A DNA stretch of 64,000 nucleotides. It comes from Podarcis cretensis (lineage: Eukaryota). Under the pieces are notes generated by a model. The model had not been told where the DNA came from and did no database searches. It saw only the letters and a program-made list of their open reading frames with translations. The position numbers were made by a program, and so were the translations under genes. Below are positions 1-12,953 of this stretch, in pieces (the first letter of the stretch is position 1; each line of letters starts with the position of its first letter). The stretch is taken from NCBI GenBank assembly GCA_951804945.1, contig OX638155.1, positions 51,088,001-51,152,000 of the forward strand, read 5' to 3'.

Positions 1-899
1 TATTAGATCATATCTAAAAGATAACGTAACAGGGGAAATGCTGGAATTGAAAGCCACAATTAGTGTGGAAATTGATTAAATCACAGGTACTCCTAGAGAA
101 TTTTTTAATTTTTCAGTTCATTGTTCCTTTCATAAGGTGGATGATGGCTAGGACTTGGAAAAGTTGAAATGAATCACCCTAATGGTTTTGAAGTTAATGT
201 CTAATTCTGTGAGTTGTTTTACTGGCAATAAAACATAACACAACATGTTCACTTGATAAAAGTCAAGTAATGTGCCTTTATTTGGGGTTTGACAATTAAT
301 GGTAGGCAACTGAATGGCTACAGCTACAGCTTCAGGTTTTTGTTTTTGTTTTTTAAAAAATAATGTATTGAAAACTAAAGTAGCTTAATTTCCACTCTCA
401 TTCCTAAAAAGGTTGTTGGCTTTAGTTGTCCTCCTTTCACTCAGTTCTCTTGTCAGTTTGGGAATCCTGTATTCTTCGTAGTAGCATAGGGGATACACCA
501 TTCTAAACGTATATCTCCTAACTTATGAAATATTATGCACTGTGTTAGTCTCTTTCCCACCCCTCAAAAATACCCTATTTGATTTTGTACCCTCCCCCCG
601 ACTCTCCAATCATTCCTTTTCTCTTAAGCTTCTGCCTGAAAAAAAACTCTTTAAGCTATTTCCAGCTTTTTATTGTTCTGATCAATGATGTCAACTACCT
701 GTTGACTAAATATGCTGCAATAGCGAGCAAAGGTTTTTAGGCATTGCATTCTTGAATAGATAAGTGTGTGTGTAGATAAAGAGATCGAAAAAATAAATAG
801 TTCCTACAAAACTATTTCTATTTCTAGCATATGCATGCTTTGCAGAAAAGTGGGGGGTGGGGACAGGGGAAAAATTAATAAAAAGAAAAAAGTCTCCAC

Positions 900-1073
900 T
901 GCTTTAGATATGGAAAGAATATAACTCAAAAGCATACTGACTTGTGCAGGGGTGGCATTCAAAGGAAACTGAACATTTTGATTTGACCCTCTTTTCTTGG
1001 AATCTGTCTTCAGAATGGAGGATTATTAACAAGTTATTTGACAGTTGCGCTCTACAATTCTGTGATTCTATGA
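900..1073 (+). mobile_element. Degraded CR1 3' end
   Basis: Ends in ATTCTGTGATTCTATGA, the CR1 terminal octamer repeat. Left boundary approximate. Confidence 0.45.
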
Positions 1074-3163
1074 AACAGAATAGGAAGGCCCCACCTTCAT
1101 ATATGTAAGATAGGAAAATATTGGACAGAAGGAAGGGTCAGTAGCCTCCTTCATACATTAATAATTTGAAGGGGGCTCCATGCAGTGGTCAAACTGCAAA
1201 TTTGCCCAGTTCCACTGACAACATCCTTGCCTTGCATATGGATGCCTAAAATGAAGAAGCCGACACATTTGCACAGACCTCTGTGGTAGCTGGAAGCCTG
1301 TGTGATTAGGTTTCCAGCAGTTGTGGAAGCCTTCATGTATAGAGGTCTACGTGTGTAAGTTTGCCTATTGCAGACCCACCACCCATTTAACTATGTAGAG
1401 CTCCTTCATGTAAGCTATGTGTGAAGGGGATAATATATTTTCAACCTCTCCAATTTTTCCAGTGGATTCCATTTTGTGGCTTGTGCATGCACAGTGGGAT
1501 GTAAAAGTAGCTACTTGGCTGCTTCCAGTGTTCTTCTGCATTCTTTTAAAAATGCAAGTACTGTACAAAAATGTGACAATGGAAATATCTCTCATCCTTC
1601 TGGAAAATCAAATGACTTATCTAAAGGGCCAATATATTGATTTAGTGGCTGATTGTAGTCTATCCAACTGAAATGTTCTTGAAGTTGGTCCTCGCCATAA
1701 AAATTTCAGACAGAACTGCAGGCATTGGCTTTGCCCATCTCTCCTAATCTTTTATGCACCTACCGTTTCCAGAATCACCTCTATGAAGAAGAATATTCCT
1801 AGCTTGTAATGCATGCTTACCTAATGGAATCATGCTTCCAAGAACCCACAAATCTTAAATGAATTCTAAAGTGTGTGCCCTTGTGAATAGCAATATACAC
1901 CTAAAATATTTGTGAGCAATAAGATCATGTTCTGAATGGTTAATTTTCCTACTAGGGATGTTAGCTCCAATCTGCCTGTTATGAATTACCATACATAAGA
2001 AAAAGAAATCTGTAATTCTACTCCTCCGTGTCTTTATTTTGGAGTCTGAAGAGATGCCTGAGAATTGCTTGGATTTCAAAGTGGCTTCTTGCCATATTAA
2101 GGACTTGATTTTAAAATATTTTCCAATAAATCACCAGGAAAGATTATGGCCTATGTGAGGGAGCTCTGCAGGATATTCATAATGACTTCATCCCTCCCAA
2201 AATTATTAGCAGATACTGTGCTGGATTGGTAAATACCAGGGTTTGCAAAAGGCAGAAAGCAACAAATGCCCTTGCAAACCTGGAGAAATCTGCTTTGGAG
2301 TGGTGGTGGAGAATAGTAAGAACTATAGTTGTTATAATGCAGTTAATGGGTGACAGTATGCTAATAAGTCAGATTAACTAAGCAGGTGATTCATGCAGTA
2401 ATCCTTCTTGAAAGAAAGTGCCCATTTTGAGATGCTAAATGAGAACATAAATGCAGTCAGGCATAGAATCCTTGAAAGATAGAAAGTGTGCAGACCTGCT
2501 TCTTAATATAATGGGTGAAATTAATTTTTTGGGGTGAAAGGGGCTCATTTTTCATATCCTGCAATCATTTTAAGGGAGTAAGGGTCGAAATCCTAAGAGA
2601 TACAAGTATATTTCTGGCAAATGTAAATGAATGTAGAGACATAACATAGCAGAATTATATTACTAAAATTGCTGTGTTGGTCACCTGTGACAGGCCCTCA
2701 TGGACAAGGATGTATGGACAGTGAGAGCAAATTCACAAGGTCAGCACACTCATGTGTCACGACATACGGTTTGGAAAGCTCTGCACTACACCAACTTAAA
2801 TGTTTGTTCTGCCAGTGCAAGGGGATCTGTTCAATCTATCCCTGTGCAGCCTGTGTAACTTGGGGTTAGCATTATACCCTCCAGAGAGTGTGCTTTAATT
2901 ACAATTTGAGTTGAGTTGAAAAAATCCCCCTGACTTCTGAGTCCCATGTTCAGGATGCAAACCTGGACTCCCTCTCTTGTCAATAGTTTGAAGGGGGCCC
3001 TATGAAGCTGTGCAAAGCTCTCCCACTCTGCTGGGGAATGAAGTACTGTGGTACCTTGGTGAAATATACTCGGAGTCGAGAGTGGATTTCATGCTCTTTA
3101 TTCAGCTCATAGTGGTGAGGAGGAATGGAAGTTCCCCCACAATATCTGCTTTATATACATTAT

Positions 3164-3522
3164 AAAGGGACGCGGGTGGCGCTGTGGGTAAAACCTCAGC
3201 GCCTAGGACTTGCTGATCATCAGGTCGGCGGTTCGAATCCCCGTGGCGGGGTGCGCTCCCACTGCTCGGTCCCAGCGCCTGCCAACCTAGCAGTTCGAAA
3301 GCACCCCCGGGTGCAAGTAGATAAATAGGGACCACTTACTAGCGGGAAGGTAAACGGCGTTTCCGTGTGCTGCGCTGGCTCGCCAGATGCAGCTTGTCAT
3401 ACTGGCCACATGACCCAGAAGTGTCTTCGGACAGCGCTGGCCCCCGGCCTCTTAAGTGAGATGGGCGCGCAACCCCAGAGTCGGATACGACTGGCCCGTA
3501 CGGGCAGGGGTACCTTTACCTT
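3164..3522 (+). mobile_element. Sauria SINE, full length
   Basis: GGGACGCGGGTGGCGCTGTGGG head, GGTTCGAATCC B box, (ACCTTT)n tail, 10-bp TSD TATACATTAT (3154-3163 and 3523-3532). Confidence 0.92.
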
Positions 3523-3635
3523 TATACATTATTTACACCATGGGCTGCACGTGATTGGCTAATTCCGGGATTCTCCTGTAGGCTAATCAGGTTGTGGATT
3601 CGCTTCCACCTAGAGCTGGATTGGGTGGCTCCTGC

Positions 3636-3777
3636 GGACCAATCATACTGCTGCATTGTTCTAGGACCAATCAGACTGCTGCATTCTGAATCCTATTGTT
3701 CTAGGACCAATCAGACTGCTGCATTTTGGATCCTATTGTTCTAGGACCAATCAGACTGCTGCATTTTGGATCCTATT
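3636..3777. repeat. ~40-bp tandem repeat carrying CCAAT boxes inside the LTR
   Basis: Unit GGACCAATCAGACTGCTGCATTTTGGATCCTATTGTTCTA, about three copies plus one shorter copy. Confidence 0.9.
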
Positions 3778-3920
3778 CAACTCAGTACATAACACTTGGT
3801 TTAAGAACAGCCCTGTTTACGAACTATTCGGTTTACGAACTCCACAAAACCGGAAGTAGTGTTGCAAAATTTACCTCAGTCTAAGAATGGATGCCGAACT
3901 GTGGAAGGACATAGGTGAAA

Positions 3921-4053
3921 GGCATAGGCAAACTCGGCCCTTCAGATGTTTTTGAGACTACAATTCCCATCATCCCTGACCACTGGTCCTGTTAGCTAGG
4001 GATGATGGGAGTTGCAGTCCCAAAACATCTGGAGGGCTGAGTTTGCCTATGCC
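3921..4053. mobile_element. Palindromic hAT-like MITE (~135 bp)
   Basis: Arms GGCATAGGCAAACTC and GAGTTTGCCTATGCC, with internal inverted TCCCATCATCCCT / AGGGATGATGGGA. Confidence 0.8.
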
Positions 4054-6965
4054 CGGCATAGGCAGTCAGAATGGCCTCCAAGGAAGGATAGAAGTCTAAG
4101 TTGGCCACTTCTGACTCTCTCGAACCACACCCATCCATTCCCACCTTACACTGGTATTGTTTCCCTGGTGTGGGGTTCTACAAATCCCTGCTAGCTTCAG
4201 TACAATAGCATTGCTACACCACTGTAAATATACCCCACTGGAACAATTTCAAAAAGACATCAGTAGAAAATAGGATTGCATTGTTAGATAAGTGAAATGA
4301 ACTCTATTTATACAAGTTGCAATCCTGGAAAACTTATAAAAAGCAAACCATAAATTAATATTAGAGGCCATTTGGCCCTTTAGTATATAATTAAATCTAT
4401 CTAATGAGAAATAAATAAGACTTACAGAGAGTAATGGAACTGAAGGGGAGGAAACTCCTCTACTTGAGGTTTGATTATGTTGTGTGATCACTCTTACGTT
4501 TTATCATAACAGATAAGGATACTACTGCAAATTTTGCAGTTCAGCGTAATATCTATAACTGGTTTTGATGTCTTACTCAGCTTTGTACCAGTTTGATTTT
4601 TAGAAAGAGTGTACATTATTTCCATGAAAACAAATATGAGGATGAGGAAGCATTTTCCCCTGTGTGCAATTCCTACTAAAGAATTTACATTCTTCTAATT
4701 TATTGGTTTACTGCATCACTTAGTGCACTCTGGAGATGTGCAGAATGTCCCCGCTGTTAGGAATATGCAGACGAAATTTACCCTTTTTGCACTGAGTCAC
4801 TCACTGTCTCCTTGAAGTCATCATACTCTTTCCTTTCTCAACCCCACCCCCCTCTGTATGTTGGCAGAGAGAATCACAGCTATAAGGATGAAATCCTTCA
4901 CCAAACAATGCAGTAGCAATCTGGACTATCAGTAAGAACCAACCAGAGGGGGATGGGATGAGAACAATGGTAAGGGTGTTGTTCATACACTATTCAAAGG
5001 GTTGGGTGGTTTATGGACAAACATGCTACAATTTTTTTTTTAGAGTGGGGATAGATCATGGTAAACACCTCATTACTAGGATAAGTGAAGATAAGCACTC
5101 AATTACAATTTCCAGGATCTGGAGGTGTGAGATGATCTAATTAATATATGCAGACACAATTCAATTAGGTCTACCAGGATGCAGAAAGTCTCATTGATGG
5201 ATTCTAAGATTGCATCTTAAACTTTTTAGGCAAGAAGAGATTTAGGCATAGACAATTCAGGTGCAGAATCACTATGGTATCTAGTTTTCTGTGCTTCTCA
5301 AGAGTATTTCAGGAGATGGTTGTTGCTGTTGTTGTTTGGTACTTCAGAAACCAGAATCAAGAATTTGGGGTTGAGTTGGAATTTTCCAGGCAGGCAGCTG
5401 CTCCTTTCTGAATCCGGAAATGCCCGTGTTTTCTCACCACCAGCCCCACTAGGAGTGTACACAACCAATGGGAGATGAGAATAATGCATATTCCTTTAAG
5501 ATCATCTTGCTTGTATGCAAATCTTTTCTTCCTTTATTCTGTTTGTGTGAAAAGGATGGGTCATGTAGCTTTAAGTTCTGTGTACAAATGAAAAAGAACA
5601 GGAACCTTGCAAATTATTTTATATGTGAAAAAGATTGTGTCCAAACTATGTATAAAAATATGAGTACTTTCACCTGGTATAGAACTGCATGTTCTGTAAT
5701 TAAATATTACACAGAAATATTACTACAGGGAATTAGAAAATGATGTATACACAAAACTCACATAACAAAAGGGAAAAACTGGTATTCAAGTGAAGCAATG
5801 ACACATAAGCATATAGAATTCTATGATCTGATCCCAGCAGTGAATATTACATTTGTGAATTCTAAAAGCCAAATGCTGTAACACACGTACTGTGTAGTTC
5901 AGAAGTGTCACATTAATATGGAATGGCATGAATTTAATCACTAATCTAGTTCATAATTGTAATACTTCAGACAACCTATTACATATGTAGGGGGGTAAAT
6001 TACATTAAGCGAAACTTATGCCAGTTGAAGATTTGAGCAGTCATCATTTTTATGGGAGAACAAATATATTATTCTTTTGCTAATGAAGAATCAACATCAA
6101 ATCCTGTTTTGGATCAGAAGAAGCTCAGTAGCCCCAATCCAGTGATCCTCACCTATATCAGCTTGTTGGGATGCTGCTTCTCTTTGACAAAGTTAGTGTT
6201 ATCAAAAGTTGCATATATACAAAGGGAAGCTGCAGACTGTGCACAAATCTTTTCTAAGGCTTGTCCCTTCCACACCTGCTATTTGCAGCTGGTGCCAATG
6301 ACAGCTTTTCTTTCATTGCAAATAGAGGCAGGCAAATTTTGCCCTTGACTTCAGCCAGGGCAGGGTGGTGGTGAAAGAGATTTGAGCCCACCCCAGTATC
6401 AGCTGCTTTTAAAAAAATCAGCTCCAAACATTTTCACACCAGAGCTAACCATCTGACAAGTGTCACAGCTAATTTGGTCTGAGAGTTAAAATAGTCTGTG
6501 TGGCTTTTAAATGCTGTTTGGAAATGCCCTTCACCCCTGTCAATTATAGCATACACTTCTCCTGCATAATACAAGAGCAAAACTCTAATCCTGTTGGTAT
6601 TAGTATTATATCTGGCCAAGAGCTAGAAATGGGCTTTGCAATCTGTCCACTTTCCCCATCTTGTACCTACAATGTTCACTTCAAATATTGGCAGCACTTG
6701 CAAGCTTTGAGCAGCTATTTTAGAATTTACGCCAGCAGTTCTGCTCCTGCTGTGATTTCACTGTGTAGCTAGACCTATGGCCAGGGTGGGGGACCTTTTT
6801 CAGCTTCAGTCCCTTTGGGGAAACCTGGGGGCCCCTTGCCAGTGGCGGATGTGCTCAGATGCAAAAGTGGTCTGAGCAATAGATGCGACTCTCACCTTTG
6901 CACAGAAGGCTACATTCCAGCCACACAAAAGTGTGGTTGCATACACAGAGTACCTTCAAAGCACA

Positions 6966-7094
6966 TTTGAAGCACATTCTTTCCCTCAAAGAATTCTGGA
7001 CACTGTAGTTTCTAGAGGGTTGCTGGGAATTGGAAGTCTGTGAGGAGTAGACTGCAATGCCCAGAATTCTTTGAGGGAAAGAATGCACTTCAAA
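6966..7094. repeat. Palindromic MITE-like element
   Basis: ~34-bp inverted arms TTTGAAGCACATTCTTTCCCTCAAAGAATTCTGG and CCAGAATTCTTTGAGGGAAAGAATGCACTTCAAA. Confidence 0.75.
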
Positions 7095-8623
7095 AGTATA
7101 CAGTCTCTGCAATCATATAGTGCAAGGTGACTTCTTCAGTGACTTCCAGGCACTATTTGTCAGTGAAACGGGGCAGGGATCAACACACTCACCCCCTCCC
7201 TTCAACCCATCTCCCTTCTTAATGGAAAAAGAGCAGCAAATATACCTCTCCCACATATCTAATGACACTACCTTATCTAGTGGGAGAGGGAAAATATCTA
7301 TTCCCACTGCTCACATTTCAAATTATTTCATTACGTTTACAGCATTTATTTGGGCAGTGAACTAGGAAGCAAAACAGTCTGGAATCATGGGATGCACAAA
7401 GCCATTTATCCAAAAACTACACAGAAAGTGTATAAATGTGAGGGGAAGTGGAAAAGAGGAATAGCATTGCTTCTGAACAAGGAGGAGAAGGGAAAATAAA
7501 CGCAGCTGAGCCATGGTTAAGTCACCATGTTGACTTGTAAAATAGGAACTTTTGTTTTCCAGATAAGTAAAATGAATGAAAAAATATATATCCACAGCTG
7601 GTCAGAGGCTAAGCCAAATTGATAATAATGCAATAAAAATGTGTTTATATTCAGTACCTTACAATTAAAATAATACACTGAGTGGACACGTCTCTCTTTG
7701 AGGTATATGCTCTTCTTTTGCTTCAGTAAGGGATACAAAAGATAATGTCCTTGCACAGCTTCTGTAGTTTTACTTTGCAATTCATGGCTGCTTTATTAAT
7801 CAACGCAAGATGCATTCATTGAACTGGATTAATCCTGCATAAGTAATTTTTTGAAATTTCCTGCTGAAGTTATTTTTCATTTCTGTGAACAAATAATTTA
7901 TTTGGATTTTCATATATCAGGATCATAGAGATTTGCCACAGTCAGATTTTAATTTTAGTTACATTTGAGTTGGCTTATATATTAGGGCACAGAGTTTTGC
8001 ATGAGAGCCTCTTCTAAAATCTGTAATTGGTGTGGAACACTGACATGCACGGAATAAATCTGACAAGGTCCAGGGAGCCAAGTTCAGTTCCACTGATCAA
8101 CATCTATGCTGCAGATTAACTGAATCTTTTATGGCATTACAAGCACTCTAGAATTCATTAGTGCATCTTCCCCTCCCACTAACCATTCTGACCTCCAGTA
8201 CTAGTAAGCCTTCTTTGGGTGCCATAAATTTTAAAAACTTACAACAAAGCAAGAAGAAAATGAAATGTCCTGTTCTATTTCTTCCAACACACATGCACAC
8301 AGCCTCTCTTAAGTTTAAAATAATTATTTTAAAAATATAAACATACAGCTACTTGCACATTCTGCTGCCTTCTTTCTGTCTGAGACAAGGTCTCAGTTGC
8401 AAGGACAGACTTTGGAGTTGGCCTTTTAGAAGGTGTTAAAAAAATGACATTCAATCCCTCAAAAGATTTGGTCTTCCATCTATTCATGAATAGGTCTACA
8501 CAGTCACCTAACTCAAATGTTCACACACCTACATGACAAAAGGATCTCAAAACATTAAATGTTAGATTATTTAAACTCGTCAGCAGCAGAGATTTGTCAG
8601 ACAGATGCATTAGTACATAAGTT

Positions 8624-8629
8624 TTTATT
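8624..8629 (-). terminator. Candidate polyadenylation signal AATAAA (alternative candidate at 7792-7797)
   Basis: TTTATT on the plus strand, with a plausible downstream element. Other AATAAA matches exist in this AT-rich region. Confidence 0.4.
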
Positions 8630-9789
8630 TAAAGTCCCCTCGCCCTACAAGCAAGCTTCATTTACACATTCTAGTACTGTACAAAATTTACATTATTGGT
8701 TACTTGTATGGTTTCCTTGGTCATGCCTTCCCAAAAATTAGAAAGATTTACATATATTCCTCATAAATGCTTTAATTATCTTTGTCTTTTTTTAAAAAAA
8801 GAACTTTCAAACGGACAAGAAATCCCCCATCTTTCCCATTAAAGTGGCATTTTAGCAGTGGCATGGGACAACATAGTGGCAAGTCCTGGTATTTTTAAAC
8901 GCCATAAAATGTTCTCTCATTTGGAGTGGTAACAGGTTTCCTTTCCATATATTTATATATACATATAGATTTCTAAAAACCCTCCCCCCCCCAAGTTATG
9001 ATTGCACAACGTATTATTTTACAAGTAATTTTTTTTTATCGGAACAACACAAATAAATACAAAACTAACAGAGATTGCACTACATAAGAAAAATGGGTTG
9101 AGTTTCCAGGACAAACACTCCAGTTTCAGGAACTCTGTAACAGGGACTTCACTATGTTTCCTTTCTTTCTTTCAGATACAGTTCCCTAAACAATTCATTT
9201 GCAACATTTGAAGAGACTGAATCTCTGCTAGTTTTCTGCAAGTGACAACAATGGAATTAGCATTAGCAAAACAACAGTAGCAGTAGTATTAAGAAAGCCA
9301 GTATTTATTGTTATCAGTTTTATTACTTTCTTGGTAGCCTAAGTCTTATAGTTTGAGTTTCCCACCTTTCCTTTTGGTCAACTATGATGTATGACTTCTG
9401 CCTACTTGTACCCTGTGCCTCTTTGTTGTTCCCTTACGCGTCTGAGATTTGAACATAAAGGGTTTTTTTTTGGTAAAACTTGATTTGATTCTATATTGTC
9501 TTGTATTTCTGAATAGACAATTTTATTTTTCATACAGACTATAGGTTAGTGTGTGAACTGGCTGCTGAAGGGGTGGTGCAGCTTGTAGGATCTGACATAA
9601 GAGTCCTAAGAAGGGCAAAAAAATGAAAATTTATTTCCATCCATTGGTGGTAGGAATCAAATCATATTCCTATGCCCGTACTCTTTATTCCAATGGGACT
9701 TGGATGGAGATAGGTAGGGACAAAGTGTTCCATTCTACAAATTGAACAGCACAGCACTAATGTGAAATATGACACAAATATGACAAATA

Positions 9790-10029
9790 CAGTGATACCT
9801 CGGAACTCAAACTGAATCGGTTCCGGAAGACTGTTTGACTTCCAAAATGTTTGAATTCTGAGGCGCGACTTCCGATTGGCCAACAGCTAGGTTTTTGCAC
9901 AGCGGAAGCCGTCTTGGACGTTCGTGTTCCGAGGAACGTTCGAAAACCAGAGCACTTACTTCCGGTTTGTTGGCATTCGGGAGCTGAAATGTTCGAGAAC
10001 GGAGCCGTTCGAGTTCCGAGGTACCACTG
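9790..10029. mobile_element. Tc1/mariner (Tigger-like) MITE, 240 bp
   Basis: TIRs CAGTGATACCTCGGAACTC and GAGTTCCGAGGTACCACTG. TA on the left, CA on the right (degenerate TA TSD). CpG-rich relative to its flanks. Confidence 0.85.
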
Positions 10030-11335
10030 CATTAAAGTAGAAGAAATAATATAGGGCCTAACTTGATGTTAAACATTAGTGTGACTAAACCCTGATGGCC
10101 CTTTTTAATTTAAAAGAATCAGCAGCTTCTAGAGAGTGTAATTTATAGATTGGGAGGCATACTAACTGTTCCTGCACCCACTGCTTCTCTGCTCCAAACC
10201 TCTCCCACCTACATTTCTCCTTGTAAGGTCACAAATGAATATTTATCCTCAACACCCCTCCCATTCTGGGCTCAAAATTGCCTCAATTGCACTGCCTATT
10301 GGAACTGAGTTGAGCTTAACTAAACTTTATACCTGTTACGGTAGTTCTATGCCCATATTTCTTTTCACCACAGGTACAAAGCTAGTTTATAAATATTTCA
10401 GTATAGATCAGATTAAGGAATTACAGCTACTTGCCAATGATATGTGATACCACATAATCCACATTTTAAGAAAGAATTTGTTCTTTGGTGTTAAATAGGG
10501 GGGAAATAACAAAACTATTAGTCAAAATGACTCAAATATTTGTTAATTTGTATCTGAAATTTATGAATTAATTTAAGGAATAACTTAAATCTTAAAAAAA
10601 CAAGAATTACTTGTATAGGCTAGAATGTTTAAATCAGAATAATACAAAATAATATACATAATAATAAAATGAGGTTCTATGGATTACTCTGGATTTACAC
10701 TAGTGGAAATAAAATCAAAGATTGGCACCAGTCCTAAAACCTCAATTGTTTTTTCCCTACACTTAGGCATGGGGATTTCAGAGCAGACTATACGAGGGGC
10801 CAGTCTGTTCAGAACAGAAGCATTCTCTCTTATGATCTGTCTTCTTAAGTTGTGTTACTTGCAAAACATGTCAGCAGCCACAGATTAGGGTTAAAATGGG
10901 GAAGCAATTCTGCAGTTCAATGCATTTGGGCATCTCAGTTTTGAATTAATTGTGAGCAACATCACCATGACTTCAACACAGATCCCATGCAGGTAAAATA
11001 CAATGCACAATAGTAATTTTGTTTGTTCAGGCAGTGTTTGGATGTTTAGAATTCTTTTTAAATTTAGAACTGATATGAGGGTTTATAGCAGAGAAAAGTG
11101 AGGATCACTCTGAAATGGTCATCTGTTAACATGTGCAGTGTTCCATGCTTTCAAGCTACTTGTTTGACAAGATACAGTTCTGTCTGAGGTGGGAACTATA
11201 CTTAGTCCTTTTTTAAAATCATAAATGCAGGTATTGGGGATAGGGTCTTGTTGTATGTAGTACCAGGAATTCTGTCCCTTAAAATATTTAAGTCAGCCAT
11301 CATTTAACAGTGTTCACTTCAGTACTTCCTGTATG

Positions 11336-11476
11336 TTATTTATTGTACGGCACACACGCAGGTAGTATGACAGTAGAGCAAGCAGGGCCTGCCAGGGGCT
11401 CAGCTACATCTCCTTCCAGCTCTGTCCAGGTTCCGTTCTCAGGACTGTAGCAAATGGTAGAAGATTTGTAGGCTCC
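11336..11476 (-). CDS. KLHL14: KLHL14 last coding exon, GAYKSSTICYSPENGTWTELEGDVAEPLAGPACSTVILPACVPYNK*
   Basis: Manual translation. Acceptor gttatag, TAA at 11336-11338, C-terminus CVPYNK as I recall for KLHL14. Confidence 0.95.
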   Translation of the reverse strand, partial: GAYKSSTICYSPENGTWTELEGDVAEPLAGPACSTVILPACVPYNK

Positions 11477-11831
11477 CTATAACACAACATAGTGTTGTTG
11501 AGGTAGCAGATAAATGACATCCAAGCAAAATTTGAACAGCTTCAGCTAGAAAACAACTGGTCCTTGGTTGCTCTGCAACTTGCACTGTATTCACCTTTAC
11601 AACTAAGATGCACACACACTGCCTTGATTTAGTCATAACTTCAAAAAAACTATAGTAGAGGCATCTCGAAAGTAGGGCTTTGGGTGAGTCAAGTGCAAGG
11701 TAGTGGGAGCTTGAGCTCCTGACAGTCAATTGGGGGGTTCGGCAGGATGCTGGAAGTGATAACAGATAATCTAGTCAGCAACCCTGCTTTCTCTTTGTGA
11801 GAGACTCAGAAAGAGAATGCAGGAGGCAATA

Positions 11832-11857
11832 GCTGCTGCTGCTGCTGCTGCTGCTGC
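11832..11857. repeat. (CTG)n microsatellite in the last intron
   Basis: About 8 GCT units read directly. Confidence 0.9.
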
Positions 11858-12795
11858 TCCTCCTTCTCAGGAGTTGCAATGCATCATGACAGAGTGTCAG
11901 GGGCTTGGTAAAAACCAATCTCTGCCATCAGCCTGGATAATAGCGCCCAAGAATAGTCAGATTCCCCCACATCATCTCTTCTCCCCATGCTTTTAGGGAT
12001 ATACTTAGTCTCTTTCCTCTCAAAGCAGTAAAACTGCTTGATTATAAAGTGCATATCTGGAATAAAGAACAAATTCACCAAGGCAATAAATAACTGTAGC
12101 ATAGATTGTTTGCATATTCTGCACATACAACTTGGCATGGTTAGAATCTCACCCCTCAATTCAGAATTTCATTCTCATGTAAATAGCTTTGCAGCCATGT
12201 GTCTGGAAACTGGACAAAGGCTGCTGGAAACCAAAGCGTGGCTCACCACTATAAAATTCTGACTCTGCTTACATTTCATGTCCGATCTGGCTTCTTTCAC
12301 TTTCCACATGCTGGCAGAATCCCGCCACTCCAAATGGCTAACTTGCATTGAGAGCAAAATCAGAACTTGAGTCACTACTTATGCTCCCACAACTGGAAGC
12401 ATTCCAGACAATCAAGTGAAGAATTCTAGAGATTGAATTTCAAACCCTTTGCAGTGCAGCCAACAAAACCTGTTCCCCATTGGGGTTGGGAATACTACCC
12501 TCATTTGGCCAAGACACTCCATATTCCCAGTTTCATTAACTGTGTTGTGTTCTGATCCATGTATATGATGCACTTTTTTTAAGTCAGTAAAGGAGATTGA
12601 TTGATTGATCTTAATAGCTTAAAAAGAAATAATGACTACTGATTTTGCAAAGCAGGTTATAAATCAGCCAGATATTTTCCATACATCAAAGATTCTGACA
12701 GCAATTTATTTAGATATGTATCATTCCTGCAGAATGGTTGCAGCATGCTCTCAAATGATAACCAAGAGATCCATGTACAGACAAGGTATACATAC

Positions 12796-12953
12796 CATAC
12801 TCCAGCTGTAGCCTCCTACAAGGTAAATGCTGTCATCAAGAACTGCACAGCCAGGACCACTGCGGCCCTCTAAAATAGGAGTTTGCAAAATATTCCATTG
12901 ATCACCTTTTGGATCATAGCATTCCACGAGCATGACATCAAGATGCGAAAAAC
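12796..12953 (-). CDS. KLHL14: KLHL14 coding exon (158 bp), FSHLDVMLVECYDPKGDQWNILQTPILEGRSGPGCAVLDDSIYLVGGYSWSM
   Basis: ORF 12751..12966. Acceptor tgtacag, donor gtatgt. Confidence 0.95.

Larger units (their letters stand above)
3060..3794 (-). mobile_element. Solo LTR (~366 bp excluding the inserted SINE)
   Basis: TG...CA termini and a 5-bp TSD CTTGG (3055-3059 and 3795-3799). On the minus strand, CCAAT-box repeats are followed by TATATAAA (3150-3157) and AATAAA (3097-3102). Confidence 0.8.
3046..3900. mobile_element. Tc1/mariner-type (Tigger-like) MITE interrupted by the LTR
   Basis: TA-CTGTGGTACCTTGG resumes after the LTR as TTTAAGAACAG...CCGGAAGT. The left end resembles the CAGTGGTACCTC TIR of the copies at 9790 and 41444. 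Right end uncertain (possibly ACCACTG-TA at 4218-4226). Confidence 0.6.
8605..11335 (-). other. KLHL14: Probable KLHL14 3'UTR
   Basis: Follows the stop codon. AU-rich. Candidate AATAAA at 8624-8629 (minus strand) with U/GU-rich sequence downstream. The exact end is inferred. Confidence 0.5.

Noticed and set aside
3167-3245. tRNA gene (A/B boxes; also at 36846, 37500 and 40080)
   Set aside because: These are SINE heads that continue into SINE bodies and tails.
3636-3777. CRISPR-like repeat array
   Set aside because: The units are contiguous with no unique spacers, and they lie inside a eukaryotic LTR.
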